From a virus, in IMG/VR virus record IMGVR_UViG_3300033545_000001, positions 55,393 to 119,392 of that record: DNA of 64,000 nt, one strand, 5' to 3'. Both the position numbers and the translations under genes were made by a program. Numbering within the stretch: position 1 is the stretch's first letter; the number at the start of each line of letters is the position of its first letter. The notes under the pieces are model-generated. The model did no database searches, had not been told where the DNA came from, and saw only the letters and a list, made by a program, of their open reading frames with translations. Positions 1 to 9,239 of this stretch are shown here, in pieces.

Positions 1-6
1 CACGAG

Positions 7-891
7 GTGCCCATGACGAAGGATGCGATACTTCAAGCAGCCTCTCTGTGCGGCCTCTCGGGGGCTTACGTGAAGAAGACGCCCTCCAAGCTCATTGAGC
101 CCCACCTGAACTACTGGTACGGCTCTCAGGGGCTTGGTAATCGCCCTGCTAAGATTCTCGTGACCAATGAGGTAGCATCGGCTGTCACTCGTCAGAGTAT
201 TAATCCGTTCAGCAATATAAGACTGCTTGACAGCGTGCTGAATGGTATAAAAGATTCTTTTGGTGATGAAGAAGTATTAGTGGACTCTAAGTTCCATCAT
301 TCAGTCACAGGAACCCACATGAGGCTGGTACTTCCACAGAGAAGTTTTATCATTAATGACAGCGGGGTGGATGATGACGAGTGGTGTATGGGACTAAGTT
401 TCCATAATTCGCTTGTAGGAAAGACTAAGACAAGTTTAGATGGTTATTTATTCCGTTGGTGGTGTTTGAATGGAGCTATCGATACTAAGGCTTCTTCAGG
501 AACTTGGACTAGGAGCATAGGACCTTCTGATGAGGATGGTATATACAGTTGGGCTAAAGAGATTGTAGGCAACATTATCAGCCCTCTTGATCAGTCAGCT
601 CATCTCCTCCAAGAAATGACAAGTCAGTCTATTGAAGGAGATGTTAATCAAATTCTCAGTGATCTTTTTGAGGATTACAGGCTCCCTGCAAGAGACCGTA
701 AGGCTATTATTGCTAATATGGTAGAAGAAGATAGTCTTACTATGTATTCTCTTATGCAAGCAGTGACTGAGATAGCCAATGATATGAGTCTTAGTCCTTT
801 AGAACAGGCAAAGCTTATGCATGTAGGAGGAGACTTAACACACTCTTCTGCACACCGATGCGAGTCTTGCCACAGGATAGAAAAGATGTAA
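7..891 (+). CDS. DUF932-like phage protein, probably 5'-truncated by window edge
   Basis: 294-aa ORF, frame open to window start; 'FHNS...FRWWCLNGAI' resembles the DUF932 CxNG motif. Confidence 0.5.
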   Translation: MPMTKDAILQAASLCGLSGAYVKKTPSKLIEPHLNYWYGSQGLGNRPAKILVTNEVASAVTRQSINPFSNIRLLDSVLNGIKDSFGDEEVLVDSKFHHSVTGTHMRLVLPQRSFIINDSGVDDDEWCMGLSFHNSLVGKTKTSLDGYLFRWWCLNGAIDTKASSGTWTRSIGPSDEDGIYSWAKEIVGNIISPLDQSAHLLQEMTSQSIEGDVNQILSDLFEDYRLPARDRKAIIANMVEEDSLTMYSLMQAVTEIANDMSLSPLEQAKLMHVGGDLTHSSAHRCESCHRIEKM

Positions 892-892
892 T

Positions 893-1459
893 ATGAGAAG
901 ATACCACAGGGCTGACTACTCTGGGCAAACATTCGGAGAACTTATGGCTCTTGAAAGAGATTCAGAAAATTCTAAGAAATGGATTTGCGAGTGCAGTTGT
1001 GGAAAAGTTACTTCTGTGTTTGGAGGTAATTTGACTACTGGTAGAACCAAGTCCTGTGGACATCTTCTTGATAGGTATAGAAACAGCTCTCCAGGATATA
1101 TGGGCTATAAAGACATCTCTGGCCGTAAATGGGCCTCCATAAAGGCAGGGGCTGATGCTAGAGGTATAGATTTCATGCTTGATATAGAAGATGCGTGGGA
1201 TTTATTCAGGGATCAGGATAGAAAATGCGCCTTGTCAGGACAGCCTCTGAAGTTTGATGAGAAGTCCTACACCAGGGATGGAAATGCTTCTTTGGATAGA
1301 ATAGACTCATCTATGTCATACACTTTAGATAATGTTCAATGGGTAGATAAGGCTATCAATATTAGTAAGTGGGCAATGTCAGATGCTGAGTTCATAGATA
1401 TGTGCTGCTTGATAGCCGACTACCAGAGGTCTTGCCACAGGTTGAGCACTGTGGTATAA
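893..1459 (+). CDS. HNH-type free-standing homing endonuclease
   Basis: N-terminal 'WICECSCG...TKSCG' domain and C-terminal 'CALSG...SLDRIDSSMSYTLDNVQWV...N'. Confidence 0.8.
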   Translation: MRRYHRADYSGQTFGELMALERDSENSKKWICECSCGKVTSVFGGNLTTGRTKSCGHLLDRYRNSSPGYMGYKDISGRKWASIKAGADARGIDFMLDIEDAWDLFRDQDRKCALSGQPLKFDEKSYTRDGNASLDRIDSSMSYTLDNVQWVDKAINISKWAMSDAEFIDMCCLIADYQRSCHRLSTVV

Positions 1460-1460
1460 T
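1432..1460 (+). promoter_or_regulatory. sigma70-type promoter
   Basis: TTGCCA (1432)-N17-TATAAT (1455) with TGn extension. Confidence 0.65.
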
Positions 1461-1485
1461 GGATTCCTGACATAGACGGTTAACC

Positions 1486-1520
1486 AAAGATCCCACACTG
1501 TGTCAGTGTGGGATCTTTTT
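1486..1520 (+). terminator. intrinsic terminator-like hairpin
   Basis: AAAGATCCCACACTG-TGT-CAGTGTGGGATCTTTTT. Confidence 0.6.
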
Positions 1521-1531
1521 ATGGAGTTAAA

Positions 1532-2446
1532 GTGATTAATAGTCTAGACATAAATAACTTTCAATCTCTAAAGTCTGTTCACATAGAGTTAGGTCCCTTG
1601 ACTGTTATTGTGGGGGATTCTAACTGTGGCAAGTCTGCCCTGGTTAGATCTGTACAAGCTTTAGCTAGTAATGTAAGAGGTAACTCTATAGTAACCCATG
1701 GGTACAAGATTGCTTCTGTGTCAGCTACTACAGATTCAGCTAAAGTCACTTTGGAGAAAGGTGAAGGTCATGGGTCCTACAGAGTAGTTCATGGTGACAG
1801 TGAGAAAGAGTTCACTAAATTAGCTGGAGAAGTTCCAGAAGATGTTTCCAGAGTCTTGGAATTAGATCCTGTTAAAGAGGGTTTATCTCTTAACTTTGCT
1901 CCTCAACATGAGCCTCCATTTCTTTTGACTTCTTCAGGGTCAGTAGTGGCTAGAACTTTGGGGGATTTGACAAAGGTCAGCACAGTTCTAGAGGCTGTTC
2001 GGGAAGCTAATAGACGCAGAACTTCTACTACCAGTGATTTGAAGTTGCGTAGCAAGGATTTAGACAGTCTTAGCAATGCTCCAGAACTACTCAATAGTTT
2101 GAATATTCGTAAAGATGCTGTTCATGCAGTAGGTAAGCTTATTATTGATATAAAGTTTATAGAATCTGAAATTGCCAAATTGGAAATCATAGCAAATTCT
2201 TTAGGCAAGTTGGATATTGAAGTACCATGTATTTATGACATATCTGAATTGGTTAAAGCTTACGAAGATTTCAGTACTCTGTATAAAAGCTTAGAGAGAC
2301 TACGTGAACTGACTATAGAAGTCACAGCTTGCGAAAGATTTTACGACAGTTGGACAGAGAGATCAGAAGTATTGGATAGAGAATTTCACGAAGCGCTAGA
2401 AGAGATAGGGGAATGTCCAATATGCGGTCAGAAGATTTCGAAGTGA
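1532..2446 (+). CDS. SbcC/Rad50-like ATPase, N-terminal half
   Basis: 'INNFQS', Walker A GDSNCGKS, Q-loop 'FAPQHE', coiled coil, terminal zinc hook CPIC; GTG 1532 follows GGAG. Confidence 0.85.
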   Translation: MINSLDINNFQSLKSVHIELGPLTVIVGDSNCGKSALVRSVQALASNVRGNSIVTHGYKIASVSATTDSAKVTLEKGEGHGSYRVVHGDSEKEFTKLAGEVPEDVSRVLELDPVKEGLSLNFAPQHEPPFLLTSSGSVVARTLGDLTKVSTVLEAVREANRRRTSTTSDLKLRSKDLDSLSNAPELLNSLNIRKDAVHAVGKLIIDIKFIESEIAKLEIIANSLGKLDIEVPCIYDISELVKAYEDFSTLYKSLERLRELTIEVTACERFYDSWTERSEVLDREFHEALEEIGECPICGQKISK

Positions 2447-2796
2447 AAGATATTAGACCTAAAGGAATGTATGGAAGTGGTATGGTCCGAGAAGATGAAG
2501 GCGATAGACCTAGATTCGATCTTCTCGTGATTGAAGATATGCCATATGAGCATCAACCTCTTACAAGATGGGCAGCTCTCCTAGCTAAGGGCGCTAAGAA
2601 GTACAGTGCTAGAAACTGGGAGAAGGCTAATAGTCCAGAGGAGTTGGAAAGATTCAAGTCTAGTGCTTTTAGACATTTCATGCAGTGGATGGCTGATGAA
2701 AAGGATGAAGATCATCTTACTATGGCATGGTTTAATATGATGGCTGCTGACTGCACGGAATGGAAGCTTAATGACAAACTACCTTCTGATAAGTGA
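2413..2796 (+). CDS. dATP/dGTP diphosphohydrolase-like (DUF5664) protein
   Basis: 'RPRFDLL...GAKKYSARNWEK...SAFRH...EDHL...N' pattern. Confidence 0.75.
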   Translation: MSNMRSEDFEVKDIRPKGMYGSGMVREDEGDRPRFDLLVIEDMPYEHQPLTRWAALLAKGAKKYSARNWEKANSPEELERFKSSAFRHFMQWMADEKDEDHLTMAWFNMMAADCTEWKLNDKLPSDK

Positions 2797-3727
2797 TATT
2801 CATCTAGCAGATCATCCTCCAGCTTCCCGCAAAGAAGGCTACCTTGATGAGATTGTAAACTTGTTGTGGGACACAGTCAGGGTCGCTAAGCAGTATAACG
2901 CAGTGGCAGTATGGGCTGGGGACGTCTTTCATATCAAAACACCATCTCGTAATAGCCATGAGATGGTGGGATATGCGGTAGATATTGCTAAGTTGTATCC
3001 AAATGGTTTGTATATTGTACCAGGTAATCATGATCTAACTCACGATAGATTGGATTCCATATATTCTCAGCCTTTAGGTCAGTTATTTAAGCATGGTAGC
3101 ATTACCATGTTAACTGGCAAGCAGGCAATGGAAGATGGGTACAATATTTATGGCGTTCCATGGCTACAAAGATTTACAGATGAAGCAGTATACAAAGCTC
3201 TAGAGGGTTATAGAGACGAGCAGTGGGCCTTTGATGAGCATTCTTTGGTAGTTACACATGCTCCTATGTATCCTCCAGGCCGCGAGCTTAAATACGAATT
3301 TTATGATACTCATAAATGGGCTTCTTGCATGGGTAACAGGGGCAGCGTATTCTATGGTCATGTGCACAATCCCCATGGAGTTTACGAGGTAGATGGCGTT
3401 AAATTCTGCAATAATGGAGCTCTCTCTAGGGGATCTTTGGATGAGAGTAATCTTACCCGAGAAGTTGTGGCTACTGTATGGTCTGATATCAATGGAGAGT
3501 TTTATAAAGTTCCTCTAAACTTCATTGATGCTAAAGATATATTCAGAATGGAAGTCAAGAGTACCCGAGAAGCTCAAGTCAAATTGGACGATTTCTTGGA
3601 ATCTATTGGACAGACTTCTCTGGCAATTACTACTTCATCAGCAGTTATGGACCATATCAGATCACTAGGCTTGGGATCAGAAGTGGAAGTACTGATCCAG
3701 GAGCTTCTTGACAGCTGTGAAGTTTGA
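2771..3727 (+). CDS. SbcD/Mre11-like metallophosphoesterase nuclease
   Basis: Motifs SDIH, GDVFH, PGNHD, VTH, GHVH; adjacent to SbcC. Confidence 0.85.
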   Translation: MTNYLLISDIHLADHPPASRKEGYLDEIVNLLWDTVRVAKQYNAVAVWAGDVFHIKTPSRNSHEMVGYAVDIAKLYPNGLYIVPGNHDLTHDRLDSIYSQPLGQLFKHGSITMLTGKQAMEDGYNIYGVPWLQRFTDEAVYKALEGYRDEQWAFDEHSLVVTHAPMYPPGRELKYEFYDTHKWASCMGNRGSVFYGHVHNPHGVYEVDGVKFCNNGALSRGSLDESNLTREVVATVWSDINGEFYKVPLNFIDAKDIFRMEVKSTREAQVKLDDFLESIGQTSLAITTSSAVMDHIRSLGLGSEVEVLIQELLDSCEV

Positions 3728-3736
3728 TGCTAGACT
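3708..3736 (+). promoter_or_regulatory. sigma70-type promoter
   Basis: TTGACA-N17-TAGACT. Confidence 0.65.
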
Positions 3737-3760
3737 GGTCTCCTACCAAGGAGAGACAAC

Positions 3761-4261
3761 ATGCATCTGCCCCCAACGGGTAAGAAATTCAATGAGTTGA
3801 TAGTTTGTGATTTAGATGGAACACTAGCAGATAACAGGCATAGGAAGCACTTAGTGCCAGAACAAGGAGAACTCAGAGATTGGACCCCCTACTCAAAGGC
3901 TTGTGTGGATGACACTCCCATCAATGGAGTGATATCTTTGATTAACATGTTATGGAATCACTATGGCATATTTTTACTGAGTAATCGTGAATCATCTGCT
4001 ATGGATGAGACCCGTTGGTGGCTGTCCAGGCATAAAGTTATGTATGATTTTATTCAGTTAAGAGAGCCTGGGGATGTTGAGGGCAGCTCTGAGTACAAAG
4101 TAAAGGCTATTGACAGTCTTAGAGATGATGGATATACAGTTAATCTTCTCATAGACGACCTGCCTGCTACTTTTACTCAAGTAAGTGCTGCTGGGACGCC
4201 TGTAGTGTGTGTTAATCCTCTATATTCTGATATTAGTGTACCAGGAAAGATTCTCAAATGA
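3761..4261 (+). CDS. HAD phosphatase (polynucleotide kinase 3'-phosphatase-like)
   Basis: DLDGTL, LSNR, K and LIDD HAD motifs. Confidence 0.8.
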   Translation: MHLPPTGKKFNELIVCDLDGTLADNRHRKHLVPEQGELRDWTPYSKACVDDTPINGVISLINMLWNHYGIFLLSNRESSAMDETRWWLSRHKVMYDFIQLREPGDVEGSSEYKVKAIDSLRDDGYTVNLLIDDLPATFTQVSAAGTPVVCVNPLYSDISVPGKILK

Positions 4262-5085
4262 GTGAAGAGAAAATGCTTTCAGTGTCTTGGAGCAGACTGA
4301 AGACTTGGGAGCATTGCAAGCAGAAGGCGTGGCTTCAAAGCGGAGGATTCAAAAGTCCTACTGCCAATACCAGGGTATTTTTCAGGGGTACTGTAACTGA
4401 CCGAATTCTTAGAACTTGGCTTCAGGATGAGAATAGGCAATCAGAGCAAATGCCCAGCATGGTTGAAGAGTACATAGAGCTCTGTGAGCAGGAGCACAAA
4501 GACCAAGGGACTGGTATTGTACGTTGGAAATCTCCAACAGACAAGCAGGAATCTGTAGAGTGGTGCAAAGATCTTCTTACTAATATAGAGCCAATTGTAC
4601 AAGAGTTGGTAGTACCTTATCTGCCTGATGTGTATGCTGATAAGCATCTGAAAGCAAAGATTACTATTCCTGATCGTGAAGGTAATCCCAAGGAAATTCT
4701 CATGACAGGAATTCTTGACATTCTTATAGATTCTCCAGAATTCCTCGCAGTGTACGATTTGAAGGCTACAGCTGACGAATCATATTGGAAGAAGACTATC
4801 ATGCAGTTGGTTTTCTATACTATTATGTTAGAAGCTTCTGGTTATAAGTCTCCTGACGCTACTGCCCTTATTCAGCCTATGTGCAAAGAGCAGATTAAGT
4901 ATATTGATATTACTGATCAACACAGAATGGCTCTTATGCAGAAAATTGTTGCTTATGCACACAGTGTTTGGGCAGCTGATTTCTCCCCAAAAGAGAGTGA
5001 CGCAGGCTGTTTGAACTGGTGCGAAATGGCTCATGCCTGTGTCAAATTTAAGAAGAATGAGAGCGGGCGACTGAATTGGGTATAG
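4258..5085 (+). CDS. PD-(D/E)XK RecB/Cas4-like exonuclease
   Basis: 'SWSRL...C', 'GILD', 'YDLK', 'QLVFY', C-terminal 'CLNWC...C' Fe-S staple. Confidence 0.85.
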   Translation: MSEEKMLSVSWSRLKTWEHCKQKAWLQSGGFKSPTANTRVFFRGTVTDRILRTWLQDENRQSEQMPSMVEEYIELCEQEHKDQGTGIVRWKSPTDKQESVEWCKDLLTNIEPIVQELVVPYLPDVYADKHLKAKITIPDREGNPKEILMTGILDILIDSPEFLAVYDLKATADESYWKKTIMQLVFYTIMLEASGYKSPDATALIQPMCKEQIKYIDITDQHRMALMQKIVAYAHSVWAADFSPKESDAGCLNWCEMAHACVKFKKNESGRLNWV

Positions 5086-5315
5086 AGTCCAGAGTTCAAA
5101 GTCTGAAGAATCAGCATGCTCAGGCACTTGATAAGAAGTACAAGGCGGAGGCTCACAAGGATGCTGCTGAGGCAGCTAAAAATGAGGCTCTGAGCCTGCT
5201 GAAGGAGACTTGGGGCATTGATACCTTGGATGAGGCTAGAACTCTCATAAGGGAAAAGCATCGGGCTCTAGAGGCCCTTCTAGAGGAAGCGGAGGCGCAA
5301 CTGAAGAATGCCTGA
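5076..5315 (+). CDS. small coiled-coil protein
   Basis: 79 aa, Ala/Glu/Lys-rich heptads, overlaps both neighbours. Confidence 0.65.
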   Translation: MGIESRVQSLKNQHAQALDKKYKAEAHKDAAEAAKNEALSLLKETWGIDTLDEARTLIREKHRALEALLEEAEAQLKNA

Positions 5316-6420
5316 AATTCATGTACCTAAGCAAGTGCTAAAGTCTATTGTAGAAAGAGTTTCTGGGGCAGTTGCTACTTCAGGTGGAAATGTGGCTCTT
5401 CAGTGTTTTCATTTCAATGTGACTCCCCAGGCTATTACTGTCACAGCGTCAGATCAATCTAATACTCTGATGGTGACAGAGCCTGGGGGGTTCGACTCCT
5501 CATTCGAATTCATGGCTTTGGCATCTAAATTCAAGCCAATTGTCAGACAGGCAGCAGACGGGCTCATACAGCTTGGAGTGTCTAACAATACTTTGACAGT
5601 AGTAGCTGGAAATACAGCCTGGGATATTAGGATGCCCGCAGTTACATATCCTAAGATATCCAAGTCTTCTGAAGTAGGATGTGAAATTTCCGTACCAGTA
5701 CTTCGTGAAGCTATAAAGGCTACACGCAAGTCTATAGCAGAAGATCCCCTAAGGCCATCATTAAGAATGCTGTCTATTAGAAAAGGTTATATGACAGCTT
5801 GTGACGGTTCTAGATTATCTCAGATATCTTTGGGAGAAGACTTTCCGAAGGATTTCACTACTTCAGTGCCGTTAAATTCTGTAGCTCTGTTGGCAGAGTT
5901 GGTTAAGGATAATGAATTTGATGTTGTGAAGATGTCTACTATAGACAGTCACAACATATTTGAAGTTGGCAATATAAAGCTATTTGCAAAGAAGTTAACT
6001 AACGATTTCCCCAATGTAGAGCAGTTAATGCTTCGTCCAGCTCTTGAGAATAAGCAAGAGCTGCTAGTAGATAGATTAGAGCTTATCAAGGCTATTGACA
6101 GAGTTCGTATCAATGCAGATATAGAGACTGACGCCATGGGACTTTCTCTATCTGCGAAGAGTATTGCTGTGGCTTCTAGAGATAAAGATGGAAACAGTAG
6201 CACTGAGATTATTCCTTCTAGTTGGATGGGCAAGGATAGAGTTTTAGTAGTTAATCATAAGTATTTGACAGCTTTAGTACGAGGAATATCTTCAGACGAG
6301 TGTCACTTCATGCTGGGGGAAGATACTAAGTCTAGAAAATCAGTACTTCTACTTAAAGATGAAGAGAGAGGCTTCAATGGGGTCATTCCACAGTTCTCAG
6401 GAACTGTCAAGATATTTTGA
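5308..6420 (+). CDS. dnaN: DNA polymerase III beta clamp-like protein
   Basis: 370 aa, 'TASD', 'RPSL', 'ACDGSRL', 'FPNV', 'NHKYL' match DnaN layout. Confidence 0.8.
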   Translation: MPEIHVPKQVLKSIVERVSGAVATSGGNVALQCFHFNVTPQAITVTASDQSNTLMVTEPGGFDSSFEFMALASKFKPIVRQAADGLIQLGVSNNTLTVVAGNTAWDIRMPAVTYPKISKSSEVGCEISVPVLREAIKATRKSIAEDPLRPSLRMLSIRKGYMTACDGSRLSQISLGEDFPKDFTTSVPLNSVALLAELVKDNEFDVVKMSTIDSHNIFEVGNIKLFAKKLTNDFPNVEQLMLRPALENKQELLVDRLELIKAIDRVRINADIETDAMGLSLSAKSIAVASRDKDGNSSTEIIPSSWMGKDRVLVVNHKYLTALVRGISSDECHFMLGEDTKSRKSVLLLKDEERGFNGVIPQFSGTVKIF

Positions 6421-7036
6421 TGATAAGAAGAATAAACTAGCTCAAGATATTGGAGCTGCTAAAGTAGTCATAGAACGCAAAGCTGAGTTGGATAAAGAAG
6501 TAGTTCATCTCACTGAACTTGTTGCTATTTTAGAAAAAGCTGCTGGCGTTCTAGCTAAGATTGGCGAAGAACGCCAGCAGGAAGCTCAGAATCAGATAGA
6601 ATCTTTAGTAACCCAAGGATTACAGAAGATATTCGGAGACCATTTAGCATTTAAAGTAGTTCAGTCAGTCAAAGGTAGGACTCCAGTAGTAGAGTTTGTT
6701 ATTCAGACAACTTTGACAGATGGTAAGATTCGTGAAACTGATATTCTCAGCGCCATGGGCGGAGGAGTGTCAGCTGTAACAGGATTCCTGCTTAGACTTG
6801 TAGTACTGCTTCTTGACAAATCTAGGAAAAGCTCTATACTGGTACTAGATGAGACCTTCGCACATGTGTCTGATGCTTACCTGCCAGCTCTGTCAGAGTT
6901 TCTTAGGGAAGTGGTAGACAAAGCGCAGGTCCAGATTATAATGGTAACTCATCAGCATATATTCTCAGAAGTTGCAGATAAGGCTTATAGGTTCTCTCTA
7001 GACTCTAATGGCTTTACTGTAGCTAGACCTTTGTAG
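6359..7036 (+). CDS. SbcC/Rad50-like ATPase, C-terminal half
   Basis: Coiled coil, signature 'MGGG', Walker B 'LVLDE', H-loop 'MVTH'. Confidence 0.85.
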   Translation: MKREASMGSFHSSQELSRYFDDKKNKLAQDIGAAKVVIERKAELDKEVVHLTELVAILEKAAGVLAKIGEERQQEAQNQIESLVTQGLQKIFGDHLAFKVVQSVKGRTPVVEFVIQTTLTDGKIRETDILSAMGGGVSAVTGFLLRLVVLLLDKSRKSSILVLDETFAHVSDAYLPALSEFLREVVDKAQVQIIMVTHQHIFSEVADKAYRFSLDSNGFTVARPL

Positions 7037-7067
7037 GTCGATTGTTTTAGTCTAGGGAAGAGGTTAA

Positions 7068-9239
7068 ATGGACAGTTCGCTAGCATTGAAGTATCGTCCC
7101 AAGACATTTGATGGAGTTGTAGGGCAAAAGGCTGTATCTCAATTACTCAAACTCATGGTTAGCAAGGGAGCAGTTCCCCAAACCATTCTTTTGACAGGCC
7201 CAAAAGGATCTGGTAAGACGAGTACTGCTAGAGTACTGGGAGCTGCTCTTAATTGCGATTTTGAAGATGATTCCCCGTGTGGGAAATGTCCTTCCTGTGA
7301 GGCCGTGTTCGATGGCTCGTCTCTTGACTACCGAGAGATAGACGCGTCCACTAACGGCCTTGTAGGGGACATTAGAAGGCTCCAGGAGGAGCTTCTGTAC
7401 CAGACTCCAGGCAAGTGTCAGGTAGTCGTCCTGGACGAAGCTATGTCTCTGGATACTCCCTTACCTACTCCCTATGGTTGGACTTCCATGGGAGAAGTCC
7501 AAGAGGGGGATGAGGTACTAGGAGCAAATGGGCTTCCTGTTAAGGTTCTAAGAAAGACAGAAGTATTTTATGGTAAAGATTGCTACTTAGTGACACTTCA
7601 GGATGGCTCAAGTGTAACAGTTAGTGGTAATCATCTGTGGAAGGTACGGAGACAGTGGGGTGCTCCTGAAGTTAGAACTACGGAAGACTTAGCCAAGTAC
7701 AAAACTCGGCTCCAGGTTCCAAGGGCACAGCCGTGGGTATTACCAGAGAAGCACTTAACAGTACCCCCATACTTGCTAGGGCTGTGGCTAGGAGATGGTG
7801 ACTCAAATGCCGCACACATTTCAGGTTTGTTGGAAGACGTACTATTTTACCAGACGGTATTAAATACTTTGGGTATTGAGACTAAGTTACTTAGGACACA
7901 GGAAGGGAAAGCTTCTAGACTAAGTTTTGCAGGCCCTAATGGAACGGGGCAAGTAAGGCGCCAAATAAGGACAGAGAAAGGGAAGCAAAGATACGGAAAG
8001 CCAATAGGCTACGCATATCCTCTGCGCGACAAGGCTGGCGATAGTCAGTCTGCTGCGCTGAGAAGCCTACCCTGCTATGGGAATAAGCACATACCTGAAG
8101 AGTATTTACGAGGAAGTTACAGTCAGCGCGTAGAGCTACTCCAGGGGCTTATGGATTCCGATGGGTATGTAGGCAAAGACAGGCACTGCACTTATGTTGG
8201 TAATGATGACCTTACCCTAGGCGTGATGGAACTGCTGGTGAGTCTAGGTCAGACGTGCACAAGGCGATGGGTTCAAGATGACAGGAGTCTACTAGGAGGC
8301 TACTTCAAGGTAGAGTTTTCTACAAGGAATGGTTTAGTTCCAGTAAAGCTTCCTAGAAAGGTAGTCAGGGTAGGGGACACTACAGATTGCTCAGAGTGGG
8401 TTAGCATAAAGTCCATAGAGCGCATAGAGTCTGTACCGGTGCAGTGCCTAGAGGTCGATAGCGAGGACCACCTTTTCCTGGCAGGATTATCAGGCACCGT
8501 AACACACAACTGTCACGGCCTTAGCTCGGCTGCTGCCAATGCTCTTCTGAAGACACTGGAGGAAGCTCCTGAAGGAGTTGTTTTCGTTCTTGTGAGTACT
8601 GAGCCTGAAAAGATCATGTCTACCATTAGAAGTAGATGCATGACATTTCAATTTCGTAGAGTAGCTCCAGATATTATTGCTAAAAGGCTGTATGAAGTGA
8701 ATCAGGCTGAGAAGTTAGATGTATCTACTGATGTGCTTGTCGCCATTGCTGATAGAGTTGATGGAGCGCTCAGGGATGCACTTATGCTTCTTGATCAAAT
8801 CAGTAGGGCCGGAATATCAGATGTTACTTCGTTCAATTCGTTGTTCGGAACTCCTGATTTCGCGCCTCAACTTATTTCAGCGATGGAATCTGGCGACTTT
8901 GTAAGATCATTTGATATATTGGATGATCATATTGCCATTACAGGTAATCCTTCAGCAGTACTTAACTCTGTAGTTGCTGCATTAAGAGATATAATGGTAA
9001 TTCAAGGTGGTGGAAAGACTACTTTAAGATCCTCAGCTTTGAAATCTCGTACAGAACTGTCTAAAAGAATTTCAGCTATGAAACTAATGGCTGCCATGAG
9101 AGTCTTATGGGATCTAAAGGTAAAGCTCAGAGTAGGAGAAGATTCTACGTCTGCTCTGAGTCTAGCTGTGACTATGATGATTTCAGTACTAGCAGATGAG
9201 AGTACATTAGTTCGAGAGAAAGTAAATGTAAGTGTCTGA
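7068..9239 (+). CDS. dnaX: DNA polymerase III gamma/tau (clamp loader) with intein
   Basis: 'LALKYRPKTF', GPKGSGKT, 'PCGKCPSC', 'NALLKTLEE', 'TIRSRC'. Confidence 0.92.
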   Translation: MDSSLALKYRPKTFDGVVGQKAVSQLLKLMVSKGAVPQTILLTGPKGSGKTSTARVLGAALNCDFEDDSPCGKCPSCEAVFDGSSLDYREIDASTNGLVGDIRRLQEELLYQTPGKCQVVVLDEAMSLDTPLPTPYGWTSMGEVQEGDEVLGANGLPVKVLRKTEVFYGKDCYLVTLQDGSSVTVSGNHLWKVRRQWGAPEVRTTEDLAKYKTRLQVPRAQPWVLPEKHLTVPPYLLGLWLGDGDSNAAHISGLLEDVLFYQTVLNTLGIETKLLRTQEGKASRLSFAGPNGTGQVRRQIRTEKGKQRYGKPIGYAYPLRDKAGDSQSAALRSLPCYGNKHIPEEYLRGSYSQRVELLQGLMDSDGYVGKDRHCTYVGNDDLTLGVMELLVSLGQTCTRRWVQDDRSLLGGYFKVEFSTRNGLVPVKLPRKVVRVGDTTDCSEWVSIKSIERIESVPVQCLEVDSEDHLFLAGLSGTVTHNCHGLSSAAANALLKTLEEAPEGVVFVLVSTEPEKIMSTIRSRCMTFQFRRVAPDIIAKRLYEVNQAEKLDVSTDVLVAIADRVDGALRDALMLLDQISRAGISDVTSFNSLFGTPDFAPQLISAMESGDFVRSFDILDDHIAITGNPSAVLNSVVAALRDIMVIQGGGKTTLRSSALKSRTELSKRISAMKLMAAMRVLWDLKVKLRVGEDSTSALSLAVTMMISVLADESTLVREKVNVSV
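7440..8510 (+). mobile_element. class 3 intein (Ala1) with LAGLIDADG endonuclease, 357 aa
   Basis: Starts AMSLDTPLPTP, ends VTHN/C; W (NHLW), C (VQCLEV), T (THN) triad; 'LLGLWLGDG' and 'LQGLMDSDG'. Confidence 0.9.

Noticed and set aside
2413-2796. Evidence for a Z- or deazaguanine-modified genome
   Set aside because: No purZ, queC/D/E, folE or dpdA-like genes in the window; this domain alone is insufficient.
4258-5085. Cas4 as part of a CRISPR system
   Set aside because: Stand-alone PD-(D/E)XK nucleases are common in phage recombination modules; no array or cas1/cas2 seen.
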